64,000 nucleotides of DNA from Mobula hypostoma (Eukaryota), in the NCBI RefSeq assembly GCF_963921235.1, contig NC_086097.1, forward strand, positions 121,274,001 to 121,338,000. The letters run 5' to 3'. Each line of letters begins with the position of its first letter. Within the stretch, counting starts at the first letter, position 1. Shown here in pieces: positions 39,940 to 54,400 of this stretch. A program made the position numbers and the translations under genes. The notes beneath the pieces are model-generated. The model did no database searches, had not been told where the DNA came from, and saw only the letters and a program-made list of their open reading frames with translations.

Positions 39940-41410
39940 TCCGTTCATCTCTCGGAGGGGCAGGGTTACAGACACTAACACAGCCAGCTGGCTGGATCCT
40001 CCCCCGCCTCTCTTCTGCATGACGATTTTACTAATCGCAAGATGGATACCACTGCTTGCCACCCCACCAGCAGCTGAGCCACTAGTGAACCAGACTTGTT
40101 ACTTCTCCTCATGGGTCAGATCGTCCATGGCTTACAACACTGTACAGGTGTGGAGTCAATTGCAGGGGTGCAGTGGTCATTATCGGGCAGGGACATAACC
40201 TGTTCATGGAGGTGGGTCACCTCATCAGAACATTTCTTTTCCCTGTCTCCGATATAATATTTCCATTCATCGACTGAAGACCATGGGGCATGGCCCTCCT
40301 TGGAAGTCGCATTGTTGGACTTCTCCCACTGCATGACAGGAAGGTGCAGTTGCAGCACAACTAGCTCAGAGGCTGTCTGATGTTCAGTGGCCAGGAGGGC
40401 CCAATAGCAGGTTAACCACTGCCTCTTGAAGGGGGTGCATCAGGTCATCACTTCAGGGAAAGTTTGTACCGAAAACCCCAAAAGGGATGCAATACCCTTC
40501 AACACCTGCCACAGGCTCCACTCAGACACTCTAGGTGTAGCTGAAACCTATAGTTCAAAGGGCACCTCACCCTGTCTAACGGTTAATGGGAGAGCCTGTT
40601 GCACTGCCTGCCTGGTAGTCTCAAAGTCCACTTGCTGTTCAGGACCCCATTGGAAAACAGTCTTTTTTCAGGAAGCTTGGTATGGGAGTGTAATATCATG
40701 GTCAGATGGGAAAGAAGATGGAACCAACACCCAAAGAGCCCACAAAGCGTTTCATTTCCTTTTTGGAGACGGGGACCACGGCATTCAAGATCTTGCGCTT
40801 GGCCTTAACAGGTATCTCCCAATGCCCAGAATGCCACTGTATAAAACATTCTGACTGGGGCCCTGTATCTTATCGGGGTTGATAGACCAACCCCACTCTC
40901 TGAGGGAGGTAACCACTTCAACCAATGCCTGCCTCACTATGTTCCGTAAGGACCCCTGTAAGAGCAGCTTGTCTATATAGTGGGATGTGGAGGTGCTAGG
41001 GTCCAGAGGTATCCCCTGTAAGTCTTGAGCTATCGTACTGTGACACAATGTGGGAATGTGTACATACTCCAGTGGGAGGCGGCAACAGGTTTACTGCCGA
41101 CTCTCCCATGTGTATACGAGCTGGTCTTGTGACACTCCATGGGTGGCATTCTCAGGGTGTTATTAACCACATGTTGGGATGACAGCCCCCCTCCTCCAGG
41201 GCACCCATCTCTCTATTAGATAGATGCTGTACAGTAAGCCCCCCCCCCCATCCCATATCCTCAATCACCATGTGGCCAGAGGCTCTCCTGCCTTCTGCCT
41301 GTACAAATCCCTCAATCCCACCAGTTCTTTGGTGGAGAACAATGGGAGAAAGCTATTGCATCCTTCAAATTGGCCAATCAAAAGCGCTTTCGAACGGCAG
41401 GTAAGTTAAC
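39940..41410 (-). mobile_element. Class III (ERV-L-like) endogenous retrovirus remnant (gag piece, RT, tether)
   Basis: LYRQKAGEPLATWWLRIWD (ERV-L gag-like); CH..IAQDL...HYID...WGWSINPDKIQGP; FQWGPEQQ; WSLWQ; YWALL. Confidence 0.75.
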
Positions 41411-42616
41411 CCTTTACATTGCACAGTTATGCTACTGTGGTGTCCAGTTAGGAACAGGAGTGGGCTTCAGAAGATCATCTCAAAAAGGCGGCATCCAGTA
41501 TTAAGGACCTCCAGCACCCAGGGCATGCCCTTTTCTCACAGTTACCATCAGGTAGGAGGTACAGAGGCCTGAAGGCACACACTCAGCGATTCAGGAACAG
41601 CTTCTTCCCTTCTGTCGCCGGATGGACTTTGAAGCTTTGGACACTACCTCACTTTTTTAATATACAGTATTTCTGTTTTTGCACATTTTTAAATAATCTA
41701 TTCAAGATACATAATTGTTTTACTTGTTTATTATGTTTTATTTTATTTTTTCTCTCTCTGCCACATTATGTATTGCGTTGTACTGCTGTTGCTAAGTTAA
41801 CAAATTTCACGTCACATGCCGGTGATAATAAATCTGATTCCAATTCTGTGTTCTGATTTTAAACTCAATTCTGCATTCCCATCTACCCAGAGAGAACACT
41901 TACTCTTTTGCTTATCAAAAATCTACCCACCTATTATGTAGAGCTATTGAGACCCATTCCAAGAATAAGAAAATTCTTGTTCTTATTATGATTCTGTTGT
42001 AATATGGCAGAGAGCATCCTCACATCATCCATTACTGTCTGGTTTGGTGCAGCGTCTTTTCGAAATACGTGAGAACTACAGTGAACTGTCAGGTCAGCAG
42101 AAATGGTCATTGTTTGCAGTCTACCATCACTGCAGGAGCTGTATGTGTCCAGGATAAAGAAGCAGACAGGAAAATCATTGTGGACACTACCCTCCCTGCA
42201 AACCGCCCTTGCAAAAAAGCCCCTTCTGGAAAATGCTACAGGGCTATTAAAATGAAAAACCTCACACCATTGTAAAAGTTTCTTCTCCCAGGCCGTTAAT
42301 CTGGTCAACCATTCCACTTAGACCCCCCCCCCCCCCGCCACTATCTCTATCTATTACCACTGTCGCTGGACTGTAAGCAACTTAAACCATTTTTACATTG
42401 TAAATACATCTTGGTATTTATATATTTGTGCACATTTTATTCCATATCTGTACTTTAAACTCTAACTTTATTGTTTATATATTTCTTTATTCTTTATAAT
42501 GTTGAATGTTGTTTTTTGTTGTATGTCATGCCCTGACCAACCCAGTACAGCAACATGTGGTGAATAAAGTTGATTTTTGATATCAGTATCTCTGAGAGAA
42601 GCTTTGTAAACAGAGA

Positions 42617-43740
42617 AACATAGAACCGTAGAAAACCCACAGCACGATACAGGCCCTTCAGCTCACAAAGCTGTGCCGAACCTGTCCAAGAGTCTCTTAA
42701 AAGGCCCCGTCGTATCCGCCTCCACCACCGTTGCCAGCAGCCCATTCCACACACTCACCACTCTCTGGGTAAAAAACTTACCCCTGACATCTCTTCTGTA
42801 CCTACGTCCAAGCACCTTCGAACTGTGCCCTCTCGTGCTAGCCATTTCAGCCCTGGGAAAAATCCTCTGACTATCCACACGATCAATGCCTCTCATCATC
42901 TTATACACCTCTATCAGGTCAACTCTCATCCTCCGTCACTCCAAGGAAAAAAGGCCAAGCTAACTCAACCTATTCTCATAAGGCATACTCTCCAATCCAG
43001 GCAACATCCTTGTAAATCTCCTCTGCACTCCTTCTATGGTTTCCACATCCTTCCTATAGTGAGGCGACCAGAACTGAGCACAATACCCCAAGTGGGGTCT
43101 GACCAGGGTCCTATATAGCTGCAACATTACCTCTCAGCTACTAAACTCAATCCCATGATTGATGAAGGCCAATGCACCATATGCCTTCTTAACCACAGAG
43201 TCAACCAGTGCAGCAGCCTTGAGTGTCCTATGGATTCGGAACCCAAGATCCCTTTGATCATCCACACTGCCAAGAGTCTTACTATTAATGCTATATTCTG
43301 TATTTGACCTACCAAAATGAACCACCTCACACTTATCTGAGTTGAACTCCATCTGCCACTTCTCAGCCCAGTTTTGCATCCTATCAACGTCCCACTGTAA
43401 CTTCTGACGGCCCTCCACACTATCCACAACACCCCCAACCTTTGTGTCTTCAGCAAATTTACTAACCCCTCCCACTACTTCCTCATCCAGGTCATTTATA
43501 AAAATCACAAAGAGTAGAGGTCCCAGAACAGATCCCTGAGGCACACCACTGGTGACCAACCTCCATGCAGAATATAACCCGTCTATAACCACTTTTTGCC
43601 CTCTGTGGACAAGCCAGTTCTGGATCCACAAAGCAATGTCCCCTTCAATCCCATGCCTCCTTACTTTCTCAATAAGCCTTGCATGGGGTACCTTGTCAAA
43701 TGCCTTGCTGAAATCCATGTACACTACATCTACTGCTCTA
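42617..43740 (-). mobile_element. CR1 LINE RT/3' part
   Basis: ORFs 43134-43772 and 42663-42929; same subfamily as 27513-28674. Confidence 0.9.
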
Positions 43741-44429
43741 AAATGAGGTAAAGACATACACTTTATTACCATCCACGTGGCACAGCATTAGTAATCTGGA
43801 GGAATACACAGTACTGGAGGGAAAACCATTAGAGTCGATCATCTGATATTAGATTCATTGTGTTATTACATTCCAAATAAGTATTGGAACAATTAGAACC
43901 AGATCTATGAAAGCCAAGGAAATTGCTTTCTGGTACTTCACCTGTCATTAGCACTACTTAAAAACTATACAGTGCAGCTGTGAATGCAAAGATTCCACTG
44001 CCTTAGTTACCAATGTCCATTCCATGATTGACCCCCTAAGGATCTGCCTGGCCATACAACTCCAATTCAGCACATTGATTCAAAATTAAGTCAAGGTGGC
44101 TTAACTAAGTAACAAATGATTAAATTGATTAAAAGGATTATCCACAGGTCTAACAGCAGATCCAATTTTCTATTAGAACAATGAGTGCACACTATAACAA
44201 ATTTAATGCATTTCCTGAAATTTGGGCATCGTTGCTGTTGCATTCCAAGTCACTACTTTTAGGCTTTTCCTGTGTTTTCCTGTTAACCCATTAGCAAAAT
44301 CTACATCACTATTTACCAGTTACTAGCCCTTATTATTGTTTCCCCTATAACAGGACTCGCCTCGGATGGTCCAGAGGGTTGGGTCTTTTGTCAGTTCAGG
44401 CTGTAGCATCAGGTGCTCCTGAGGATCAG

Positions 44430-44850
44430 GCCTTCACTCAACCAGGATGTAATGCTGAAAATTTATAAGGTATAGGTCAGGGGCACTTGGAGTATTGTGA
44501 GCAGTTCTGGGCCCCTTATACAAATAGCATTGGAGTGGGTACAGAGGAGCTTCACAAAAGTGAACCTGGGAAAGGAAGAGTTAACTTATGAGGAGTATTA
44601 GGTGGCTCTGGGCCTGTACCCGCTGGAGTTTAGAAGAATGGGTGTTATCAAGCCGTTATCAATGGAGAGGGTGTTTCCTATAGCTGGGGAGCCTAGGACC
44701 AAACAGCACAGCCTCAAAATAGAAGGACATCCCTTTAGAACAGAGATGAGGAGGAATTTCTTTAGCCAGAGTGTGGAGATTCTGTGGAATTCATTGCCAC
44801 AGATGGCTGTGGAAGCCAACTGATTTGGTACATTAAAAGCAGAAGTTACT
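44430..44850 (+). mobile_element. Degraded CR1 3' fragment
   Basis: ORF 44602-44823 (PFRTEMRRNFFSQ..LWNSLP). Confidence 0.75.
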
Positions 44851-45249
44851 GGAAGAAAGCATGGCCTGGCTGACAGGGTCATTGATTACAGATGCTGCTT
44901 TCTTGTGGAAGTGCTCCTTGTCGGTGTGATCAATGGCTTAAATATACCCATGCGATTCCACGGAGACTCTTGGTCTTATTGACAGTGGTGCTGACCTGGC
45001 TTGGGGTGAGGGAGAAGTGGTATTAAATTTAAACCCTGCAAAGGAACGAGGCATTATCTGAATGCACCTGTCCTGTACAATATCATTGATTTCATTCTCA
45101 CTTTCTTTAACATTGACCTCTGCAGAGAAAGAACAGATGGAGCAAACTGGGAAATTGCAGCAGAGGAGAGAAAAAAAATCAAAAGATCAGGCCTGGATTT
45201 TTAGGTACATGCTTGTGCTGTCATATGCAAGTTTTACTGGAACTTAGTA

Positions 45250-45910
45250 GATAGAACATTACAGCACAGTACAGGCCCTTCGGTCCATGGTGTTGTGCTG
45301 ACCCTTTAACCTACTCTAAGATCACTATAACCCTTCCCTCCTACATAACCCTCCATTTTTCTATCATCCATGTGACTATCTAAGACTTCCTTAAATTCCC
45401 TGAATGTATCTGCCTCTACCAGCACCTCAGTCAGGGCGTTCCTTGCACTCACCACCCTCTGTGTGTAAAAAAAATACCTCTCACGTTCCCCTGCACTTCC
45501 CTTCCAACACTTTAAAATTCCACCCTTTTTCTATTTGCCCTTTCTGCTTTGGAAAAAAAGTATCTGGCTTATCATCTTATCATCTTGTACACCTCTATCA
45601 AGTCACCACTCATCGTCCTTCACTCCAGAGAGAAAAGCCCCAGCTCGCTCAGCCTATCCTCATACAACATGCTCTCTAATCCAGGCAACATCCTGGTAAA
45701 TATCCTCCGCACCCTCTCCAAAACTTCCACATTTTTCTTACAATGGCACGACTAGAACTGAACACAATACTCCAAGCATGGTCTAACCAGAGTTTTATAG
45801 AGCCTCAACATTACCTCGTGGCTCTTGAACTCAATCCCCTGACTAATGAAGGCCAGCACACCATATGCCTTCTTAACCACCCTAACAACTTGCATGGCAA
45901 ATTTGAGAAG
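45250..45910 (-). mobile_element. CR1 3' fragment
   Basis: Reverse-orientation CR1 tail and ORF2 C-terminus. Confidence 0.75.
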
Positions 45911-46659
45911 TCTCTAGGCTCCTGGAACTGGTGTACGAAAAAGTTTGGATTTTACTTTTGAGATACTTGGTGTCAAAGATCAAAGTTTCATTCAGTTCAG
46001 CAATTGCATAAATAATCTCTCACAACCACTGTGGTTTCCTTTCATTCCTGTTTCTAACCAACAATATACTGTGTATGTGATTGCCACGTAATAATATTTG
46101 CTAACAATCTCTGACTGGTCCAAAGGTGAATGTTTTCATCAACATTTCATCAATTGAGGTCAATTGATTCAACACGTACCAGAAACTGGATTTACACAGT
46201 GCATGGAAATTTATCACAGAAAATGAGATCAAATTCATTTTCATTTATCTATGTTATTTCTGGAGAGTACACTCTGTCAGGAGAATGAGAGGAGCAAACA
46301 TAAGAGTATTTTTTGCAACAATTATAGAGCTGTGTTCATCACAAAAGTAAAAGGCCAATACACATAGCAGCAGAATGAGGCCATTCAGCCCATAGAGTCC
46401 CTTCCAGCACTCAATCATTCTGATTTATTATCTCTCTCAATCCCATTCTCCTGCCTTCTTTCCGTAACCTTCGATACCCTTGCCAGCCAGGAGCCTATCA
46501 ACCCCTGCTTTAAATATACCCAATATTAAGAATTAGTGGACTGTAGAATAGAGAATGATAACCAGTTTTAGAATGACCCTCAAAAAACATAACGAGTAAA
46601 TGGAAATACAGACAGCTTGATCAGGGAGGGAATGGCTTTTTTGTTATTTGATACAATTA

Positions 46660-47016
46660 TGTTAGAAACAGCTTGGTTGGTAGTACTCTGTCTTAGAAGT
46701 GGCTTCGTTGATAGTACTCTGTGTTAGAAGCAGCTTGGTGGATAATACTTTGTGTTAGAAGCGGCTTGGTTGATAATACTTTGTGGTATTATCAATAGGC
46801 TGGCCCTGGACTTATTTCCTGGCATAATTTACGTATTACTATTTAACTATTTATGGTTTTATTACTATTTAATTATTTATGGTGCAACTGTAACAAAAAC
46901 CAATTTCCCCCGGGATCAATAAGGTATGACTATGACTATGACTATGACTATGGTAGAAGCAGCTTGGTTGATAATACTCTGAGATGCAGCTTGGTTGTTA
47001 GTTATCTGTGTTAGAA
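46660..47016. repeat. 31-bp minisatellite (gttagaagcagcttggttgataatactctgt, about 6 copies) containing a Rex1 3' tail (about 46789-46950)
   Basis: Tandem units visible by eye. The insert matches the 38120-38272 tail with (tatgac)n; tggta is duplicated. Confidence 0.8.
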
Positions 47017-47989
47017 ATTTGTAGGTTACTTCAGTCTTGAATTCAGAAATCCAGGCTGGCAATTCACTGTACTGCTGTGTATGTAAGTGCTAAGAGAGGA
47101 ACCCCTCGACTCTCTGACGAATTTAGGTAATTCCATTATTCTGAAAAAAAGCAGTAATGACCTGACTGCCCTAGCTGATACTATTCCCTCAGTCAACATG
47201 ACAAAAATCAATTCCTGGGCTAAAATTATCTAACCTCTTGTGTGATCCTGGTAACTTCAATTTATTTGCTATATTCAGATTCAGATTCAGGTTTATTTAT
47301 TTATCACATGTACAGTGAAATGTGCCGTTTGCTTTAACAACCAACACAGCCTAAGGATGTGTTTGGGGCTGCCTGCAGGTGTCATCACACATTCCACTGC
47401 CAACATAGCACGTCCACCACACTCAGCAGAACAACAAAACAACAGCAAAACAAGCCCCTTTCTCCCTCTCACCCACACACACAGGAAGTCCACCAAACCC
47501 AGGACAGGTCTATTTCCTATTTCACAAAACTTCAGGAGTTCCATCGTTGGTTGCAAAGTGCTTTGGGGTGGTCTGAAAATAAAAGCCTTTTTATTTATGT
47601 GTGAGTCAGTACTACATTTTCAGATAATGGTGTCTAGGTGAAAATAACATGGGATCAAGTGTGGATCATTTGGAGGCTCTGGACAAGCAGGAATGGGACA
47701 AGAAATCATGGCAGGTGATTCTCTGATCCAAGTCGAATAAATGAACAGAGGAGCCTGAGTACAGATGTAACTCTCAACTGGAGAATGGTGAAGAGGCTTT
47801 GGAAAAGGATGCTCGTCTTGTCACTGATAAAGGCTGCAGACAGCTGAAGGACAGAGAAGGATAGACTTCTTGTGTCGCAGTCACACTGGCTCTCATTTGT
47901 GAGAGCACTGAGACTATCTCAGTAATACAATCCAGCTGAAATCTAATGATCATGGAGCTTTGGGAAAGATGGCCACAACACATTCAATG

Positions 47990-48892
47990 ACCCTCCCCCT
48001 GCCCCTTGCCTGCTCTCTTCTTCCATTCCCCATTCTGGCTCCCCTCTTATCCATTCTCTTCTCCTCATTTGCCCATCACCCCTCATCTGGAGTCCCTCCT
48101 CCTTCCCTTTTTCCCATGGTCCACTCTCCTCTCCTATTACATTCCTCCTCCTACACACAGAAAATGCTGGAGGAACTCAGCAGGTCAGGCAACATCTGTT
48201 ACCGTTTTGATTGTTGAACTACATTAGGGTTAGTTTGTGGAACCATTTCATCAAGCATAGATTGTGATGGCTTCATCAAGCACCTTCGCCCCATCTGCCA
48301 TAACAAGTGGGATTTCCTGGTTGCCACCCATTTTTAATTCTACTTCCCATTCTCATTTGGATCTGTCAATCCATGGCATTCTCCACTGCCACGATGAGGT
48401 CACCCTCAGGTTGGAGAAGCATACCTCATTTTTCGTCTGGGTAGCCCCAACTTGACAACATGAACATCGATTTCTCTAACTTCTGATAATTCCTCCTCTC
48501 TCCCTCTTCTCTCCTTTGCCTATCCCAATTCTGGCTCCCCTCTTACTCTTTTACTTCTCCTCACCAGCCCATCGCCTTCCTCTGGTGTCCCTGTCCCATC
48601 CCTTTCTCTCATAGTCCTCTCTCCTCTCCTATCAGATTCCTTTTACCTTCAGTCCTTTACCCTTCCCACCCACCTGGCTTCACCTATCACCATCTAGCTA
48701 TCTTCCTTCTCCTCTCTGCACTGTTTTATCCTGACATCTTCCCCCTTCCCTTCCAGTCTTGAAAAAGGACCTCGGCCCGAAACATCACCTGGTTATTTAT
48801 TTCCAGAGATGCTGCCTGACTTGCTGAGTTCCTCCAGCATTTTGTATGTGTCATTTTGGATTTCCAGCATCTGCAGAACCTCTTGTGTTTAC
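47990..48892 (+). mobile_element. Penelope-like 3' fragments with a short internal inverted piece
   Basis: GIY-YIG remnant (SIHGILHCHDEVTLRLEKH); degraded hammerhead near 48755-48790; reverse piece at 48153-48197. Confidence 0.75.
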
Positions 48893-49875
48893 ATTAGGTA
48901 CTCACAGGTAATCAGAATTCCCTGCTTGAGGACATCCTCTTGAAATGATGGTGCAAGTTCGAATAGCCTTTGACCTTCTGTCAAGGAGTTGCTGTTGAGT
49001 TTATGCAGTATAATTCACTACGTAACAATGGCTAAATTGAAAACAAAGGTATTGCTTACTACATTCTTAAAGCACAACTGGGCAACTTGAAACTTAGTTC
49101 ACAGTTCAAAGTTCAAAGTAAATTTGTTATCAAAGTACAAATATGTCATCATATACTACCCTGAAATTTGCTTCTTTGTGGACATTCACAGTAAATACAA
49201 AGAAACACAATAGAATCAAGGAAAAATTGCATACAAAGATGTACAAACAATGTGCAAAAGACGACACACTGCAAATTGTTATAAAAACAATAACGGTAAT
49301 AAAAAATAACCGGGAGATAATATTGAGAACATGAGTTTTAGAGTTCAGAGTTGGGGTGAGTGAAGTTGTCCACGTTAGTTCAGGAACCTGATGGTTGAGG
49401 GGTAATATCTGTTCCTGAACCCGGTGGTTTGGGACCTAAGATTCCAGTACTTCCTATCCGATGACGGCAGTGAAAAGAGAGCACGGCCTGAACGGGGGGG
49501 GTCCTTAGTGATGGATCTGCTTTCTTGTGGCAGTGCTGATTGGAGTGTGCTCAATGGTAGGAAGGACTTTTCTTCTGAATTCATAAACTATCTACTGAAA
49601 ATTAAGGTCAAGCTCCTTCATTTAATATTCACCACCAACCATCAAGTCCACAGACAGAACCTGCACTTTGCATCATATTCCCAGAAGTATCAGATATGAC
49701 AATAAAATATTTCTTCTCAGGCAAGTGTTGTATGACTTGAATCTCTTTTAAGATTTCTGTGGGCTACACAATACAGAGTCAGTATTATCCTGGAAGCAAA
49801 CAATGTAATAGTTTTCTTTAAAAGCACATCAATTTCATGGTCAAGTTATATTCCTGCAATGCTCGTTACATCCAC

Positions 49876-50442
49876 AATCAGTAGCCACTTTATTAGGTAC
49901 ACTGGTACACCTAGTTGTTAATGCCAATATTTAACCAGCCAATCTCATGCCAACAACTCAATGCATTAAAGCATACAGACACGGTCAATTGATTCAGTTG
50001 TTTTTCAGAACAAACATCAGAATGAGAAAGACATGTAGTCTAAGTGACTTTGACCGTGAAGTGATTGATGGTGCGAGACGGGGTGGTTTCAATATCTCAG
50101 AAACTGCTGATCTCCCAAGATTTTCACACACACCAGTCTGTAGAGTTTACAGAGGACGGTATAAAAAGCAAGAAACATCCAGTGAGTGGCAGTTCTGTAG
50201 ACAAGAACTCCTTGTTAATGATAAGTCAGAGGTGAATGGCCAGACAGGTTGAAGCTGGCAGGAAGATGACAATAACTCAAATAACCGCTTGTTACAACAA
50301 TGGTGTGCAGAACAGCATTTCTGAACCCACAACATGTTGAACCTTGAGGTGGATGGGCTAATGCAGCAGAAGACCACGAACATACATCCCCAGGGCCTCT
50401 TTATTAGGTATAGGAGGTACCTAGTAAAGTGGCTACTCAGTG
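49876..50442 (+). mobile_element. Tc1-like non-autonomous transposon
   Basis: TIR cagtagccactttattaggtac / gtacctagtaaagtggctact; HTH remnant LSDFDRE.I.GARRGG..ISETADL. Confidence 0.85.
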
Positions 50443-50964
50443 TACTTTGCAGCATTGTACAGAAAAGCTGGAAGCAGTGAGCGTATCGTTGAAGGGTGGG
50501 ATGAAAGTGGATAGCAATTTTTCTTTATTCATTCACACAACATGGATATCATCAGGATAGCCTGTATCCAATACATATTCCTAACTGATCTTTTTAAATT
50601 TGAGTAGACATTTCAGAATATGTGGGCTGTCTGGAGACTTAAATGGCACAAGTGGCTACTAGATGTCCAGAATGTACATTAGTGAGCCAGTCAGATTTTT
50701 GAAACGATTTAACAGCTACCTTCCTGACAGTAGCTTTTTATTTCTGACTTATCTGTCAGCTGAATTTAAGTTTGGATTTGCATCCCCAGATGATTTGCCC
50801 AGCTGTCTGTATTGCATGCTGAGCAATACAACCACAAAGCTACAGTACTTTACCCCATCCTTACCACCCTGCTCAGAGACGTACCATGAGCATTCACAGT
50901 AATGTTAATTTAGTGATGAAAATGTTTTTGTGAAGTTTCTTTGGTTGGAATATGTACATATATA

Positions 50965-51159
50965 TCTAAAGGCATCTGTTAGTCTTGTGAGACCATGGAT
51001 CTGCACTTGGAAAGTCTTCACTCTCCAGGGCGCAGGCCTGGGCAAGGTTGTATGGAAGACCAGCAGTTGCCCATGCTGCAAGTCTCCCCTCTCCACGACA
51101 CCGATGTTATCCAAGGGAAGGGCATTAGTACCCATACAGCTTGACACCAGTGTCGTCGC
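50965..51159 (-). mobile_element. Short retroposon 3' fragment (SINE or RTE-related) in a TA/GA microsatellite
   Basis: GC-rich block flanked by (TA)n on both sides; (GA)n run at about 51174-51212. Confidence 0.5.
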
Positions 51160-51220
<61 letters not shown>

Positions 51221-51429
51221 GAGCTAGGATGTCGAAGCCTTTTCACAATACTGTATTTTACGCCTTTCCAGTTACCAAATAAAACTTAATACCCCTGATC
51301 TAATACAAAGGTAGGTACTCTTATTTCTACTTTCCAACTATCTTATTTTAACCAATATATGCAAAGGTCCTCGGCACCCTAACTATATTCAGTAAGACTT
51401 TTACACAGTACTGTAATTGCATTAGTAAT

Positions 51430-54400
51430 CAAGAGCCCACCTAAACTAATCCATTCTGCTTACACAATGCCCATATTCTTCCGTTCTCTGCACATTCATG
51501 TGCCTTTCTAAGAATCTCTTGAATGTTTCTAATGTGTTTGTCTCCACCACCAGCTCAGTCAGCACATTCCATGCACCCACCACTCTCTGTGTAAAAAAAC
51601 TTACCTCTCACACCTCCTTCGAGCTTACTCCTCTCACCTTAAGTGTATGGTCTCTGTTATTAGATATTTCAACCCTGGGAAAAAGATACTGCCTACCTAC
51701 TCTACCTATGTCTCTCATAACATTAGGAAACCTCTATTAGACTCCACTGTTCCAGAGAAAACAACCCGGCTCTGTCCAACCTCTCCTTATAACACATTCT
51801 CTTTAATCCAGGCAGAACCTGGTAAATCTCTTCTGCACCCTCTCCAAAACCTTGACATCCTTCCTATAATGGAGCAACCAAAACTGAATGCAGTACTCCA
51901 GATGTGGCCTCACTAGCATTTTATAAAGCTGCGGCATAATTTCCCAACACTTAAACTCACTTCCTCGACTAATAAAGGCAAGTATACCATCATCCTATGA
52001 ACCTGTGTGGCCACTTTTAGGTTGCTATGAACTTGAATCCCAAGATCCCTCTGAAAGAATCTTCCAATTAACAGTGTACTGTCTATTTACATTTGATCCC
52101 CCAGAGGGCAACACTTCACGTTGGGTCAGGTTAAACTCCATTTGACATTTCTACACCCATATCTGCAATTGATATATATCCTGTTGTATCCTTTGCCAGT
52201 CTTCTACTCTATCCACAATACCAAGAGTCTTCCTATTATATGCCAACTTACAAACCCACCCATCCAAATCATGTATAGAATCAGATACAGTAGAGATCCC
52301 AGTCTGAATCCCTGCAGGACATCACTAGTCACAGAACTCTAGCTAGAATAAGTCTCTCTGCCTTCTAAGGAAAGCCAATTCTGAATCTAAATGGTTACTC
52401 AACCACAGATCCCATACATCTTATCCTCTGGATGAATGCCCCATGAGGGACCTTGTCAAGCACCTTAATAAAATTCACGTAGATGACATCCGTAGCTGTC
52501 CCTTCATTAGTCACCTTCACCATTTCTCTGAACTCAATCAAGTTAAACACAAATTGTCCTGCACAAAGACATGCTGAAGTCCCTGATTAGGCCACAGTTT
52601 TCCAAATCATCTCCAGTTGTTGTTGTTGTTGTTCATCCTTCGTAGTCGAAGATGACCATGGCTTCAAAGTCAAATGGGAGATTGGTGTCTGTGGGTCCGG
52701 AGGTGACTGATGAGGCCAATCCGGGCCCTGAAGGCTCGCCCACATGTGGGACACAAGTGGGTGGGTGCTGTCGTGGCAGTGGATGCTGCTCGGGCCTTGC
52801 GCACAGCACGCTTTCGTTGCGCCTCGATGACGTGCCTGACTTCAGCTGCACGGGCTCCTGTGGTGATCTTGCTGCGCCAAGCTGGACGGTCGAGGGCAAG
52901 CGTCTCCCACGTGTTGATGTCGACACCCAGGCCTTTGAGGGACGCTTTCAGGCAGTCTTTGTAACGTTTCTTCTGCCCCCCGACTGAGCGCTTGCCCTGA
53001 CACAGTTCTCCATACAGCAGCTGCTTAGGCAATCGGCTGTCTGGCATTCTGACCACATGCCCAGCCCACCTGGCTTGGGCTTTCAGCAGGAGGGTGTAGA
53101 CGCTGCAGAGCCCAGCTCGTTCCAGGATTTCCGTGTCGGGGACTTTGTCCTGCCACCTGATGTGGAGAAGTCTGCGGAGACAGCTCAGGTGAAAGTGGTT
53201 GAGCTGTTTGGCGTGTCTGCTGTAGACAGTCCAGGTCTCGTTGGTGTGAAGGAGGGTGGTAAGGACCACTGCACAGTAGACCTTCAGCTTGGTGGTAAGG
53301 CTCAGTCCTCTCCGCTCCCAGATGTTCTCACGGAGTCTCCCAAAGGTGGCACTGGCTTTGGCAATCCTGTTGTTGACCTCAGCGTCTATGTTCACTGCGC
53401 GAGAGAGTATGCTGCCCAGGTAGGTGAAGTTGTCGACTGCCTGGAGGTTCTGGCCCTTCACCGTGATGTGCGGCTCCTGGTATGGCTTTCCTGGGGCAGA
53501 CTGGTATGTAACTTCAGTCTTTTTGGTGCTGATAGTGAGACCGAAGTTGTCGCAGGCTTGTGAGAAGCAGTCCATTTCACGCTGCATCTCCTACTCTGTG
53601 CTGGCGTTGAGTGCGCAGTCATCAGCAAACAACAAGTCTCTGATGACAGTCTCTCGCACCTTTGTAACTGCCTGCAGGCACCTAGGGTTGAACAACTTGC
53701 CGTCAGTCTTGTACCTGACGTGGATTCCTTCTTCGTAGTTACGGAAGGCATCTGTCAGCATGGCAGAGAATACCATACTGAACAGAGTCGGGGCAAGAAC
53801 GCAGCCTTGTTTGACGCCATTTGTCACTGGGAAGGCCTCCGACTCGTCGCCGTCATCCAGAACTTTCACCATCATACCGTCGTGGAACTGCTGGACGATT
53901 GTGATGAACTTGCTGGGGCAGCCAAACTTCTCCATGATCTTCCACAAGCCTTCTCTGCTGATCGTATCGAAAGCCTTGGTTAGATCGACAAAGGTCACGA
54001 AGAGGTCGCTGTGTTGCTCCTGGCATTTTTCCCGGAGTTGGCGCGCAGCAAAAATCATGTCCGCGGTCCCACGTTCAGCACGGAAGCCGCACTGGCTTTC
54101 TGGGAGCAGACCTTGCTCAAGATGTTGGAGAAGGTGGTTGAGCAGGATGTGAGCCAGAATCTTCCCCGCAATGGACAAGAGGGAGATGCCTCGGTGGTTG
54201 TCGCAAGACTGGCGGTTGCCTTTCCTCTTGTAGATGTGGACTATGCTGGCATCTTTCAGCTGTTGCGGGCCCTGTCCCTTTTTCCACATGGACTGGAAGA
54301 GTACAGTCAGCTTTTGCATCATGACAGGGCCTCCTGCTTTGTATACCTCAGCAGGGATTGCATCGGGTCCTGGCGCTTTGCCGCAGGAGAGTTGCTTCAC

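Noticed and set aside
45126..45204. Exon-like segment with a strong acceptor
   Set aside because: Weak donor (gtacat), no homology, no compatible neighbouring exon.
46660..47016. CRISPR-like periodicity (31-bp repeats)
   Set aside because: Units are directly tandem with no unique spacers, in a eukaryotic context with no cas genes.
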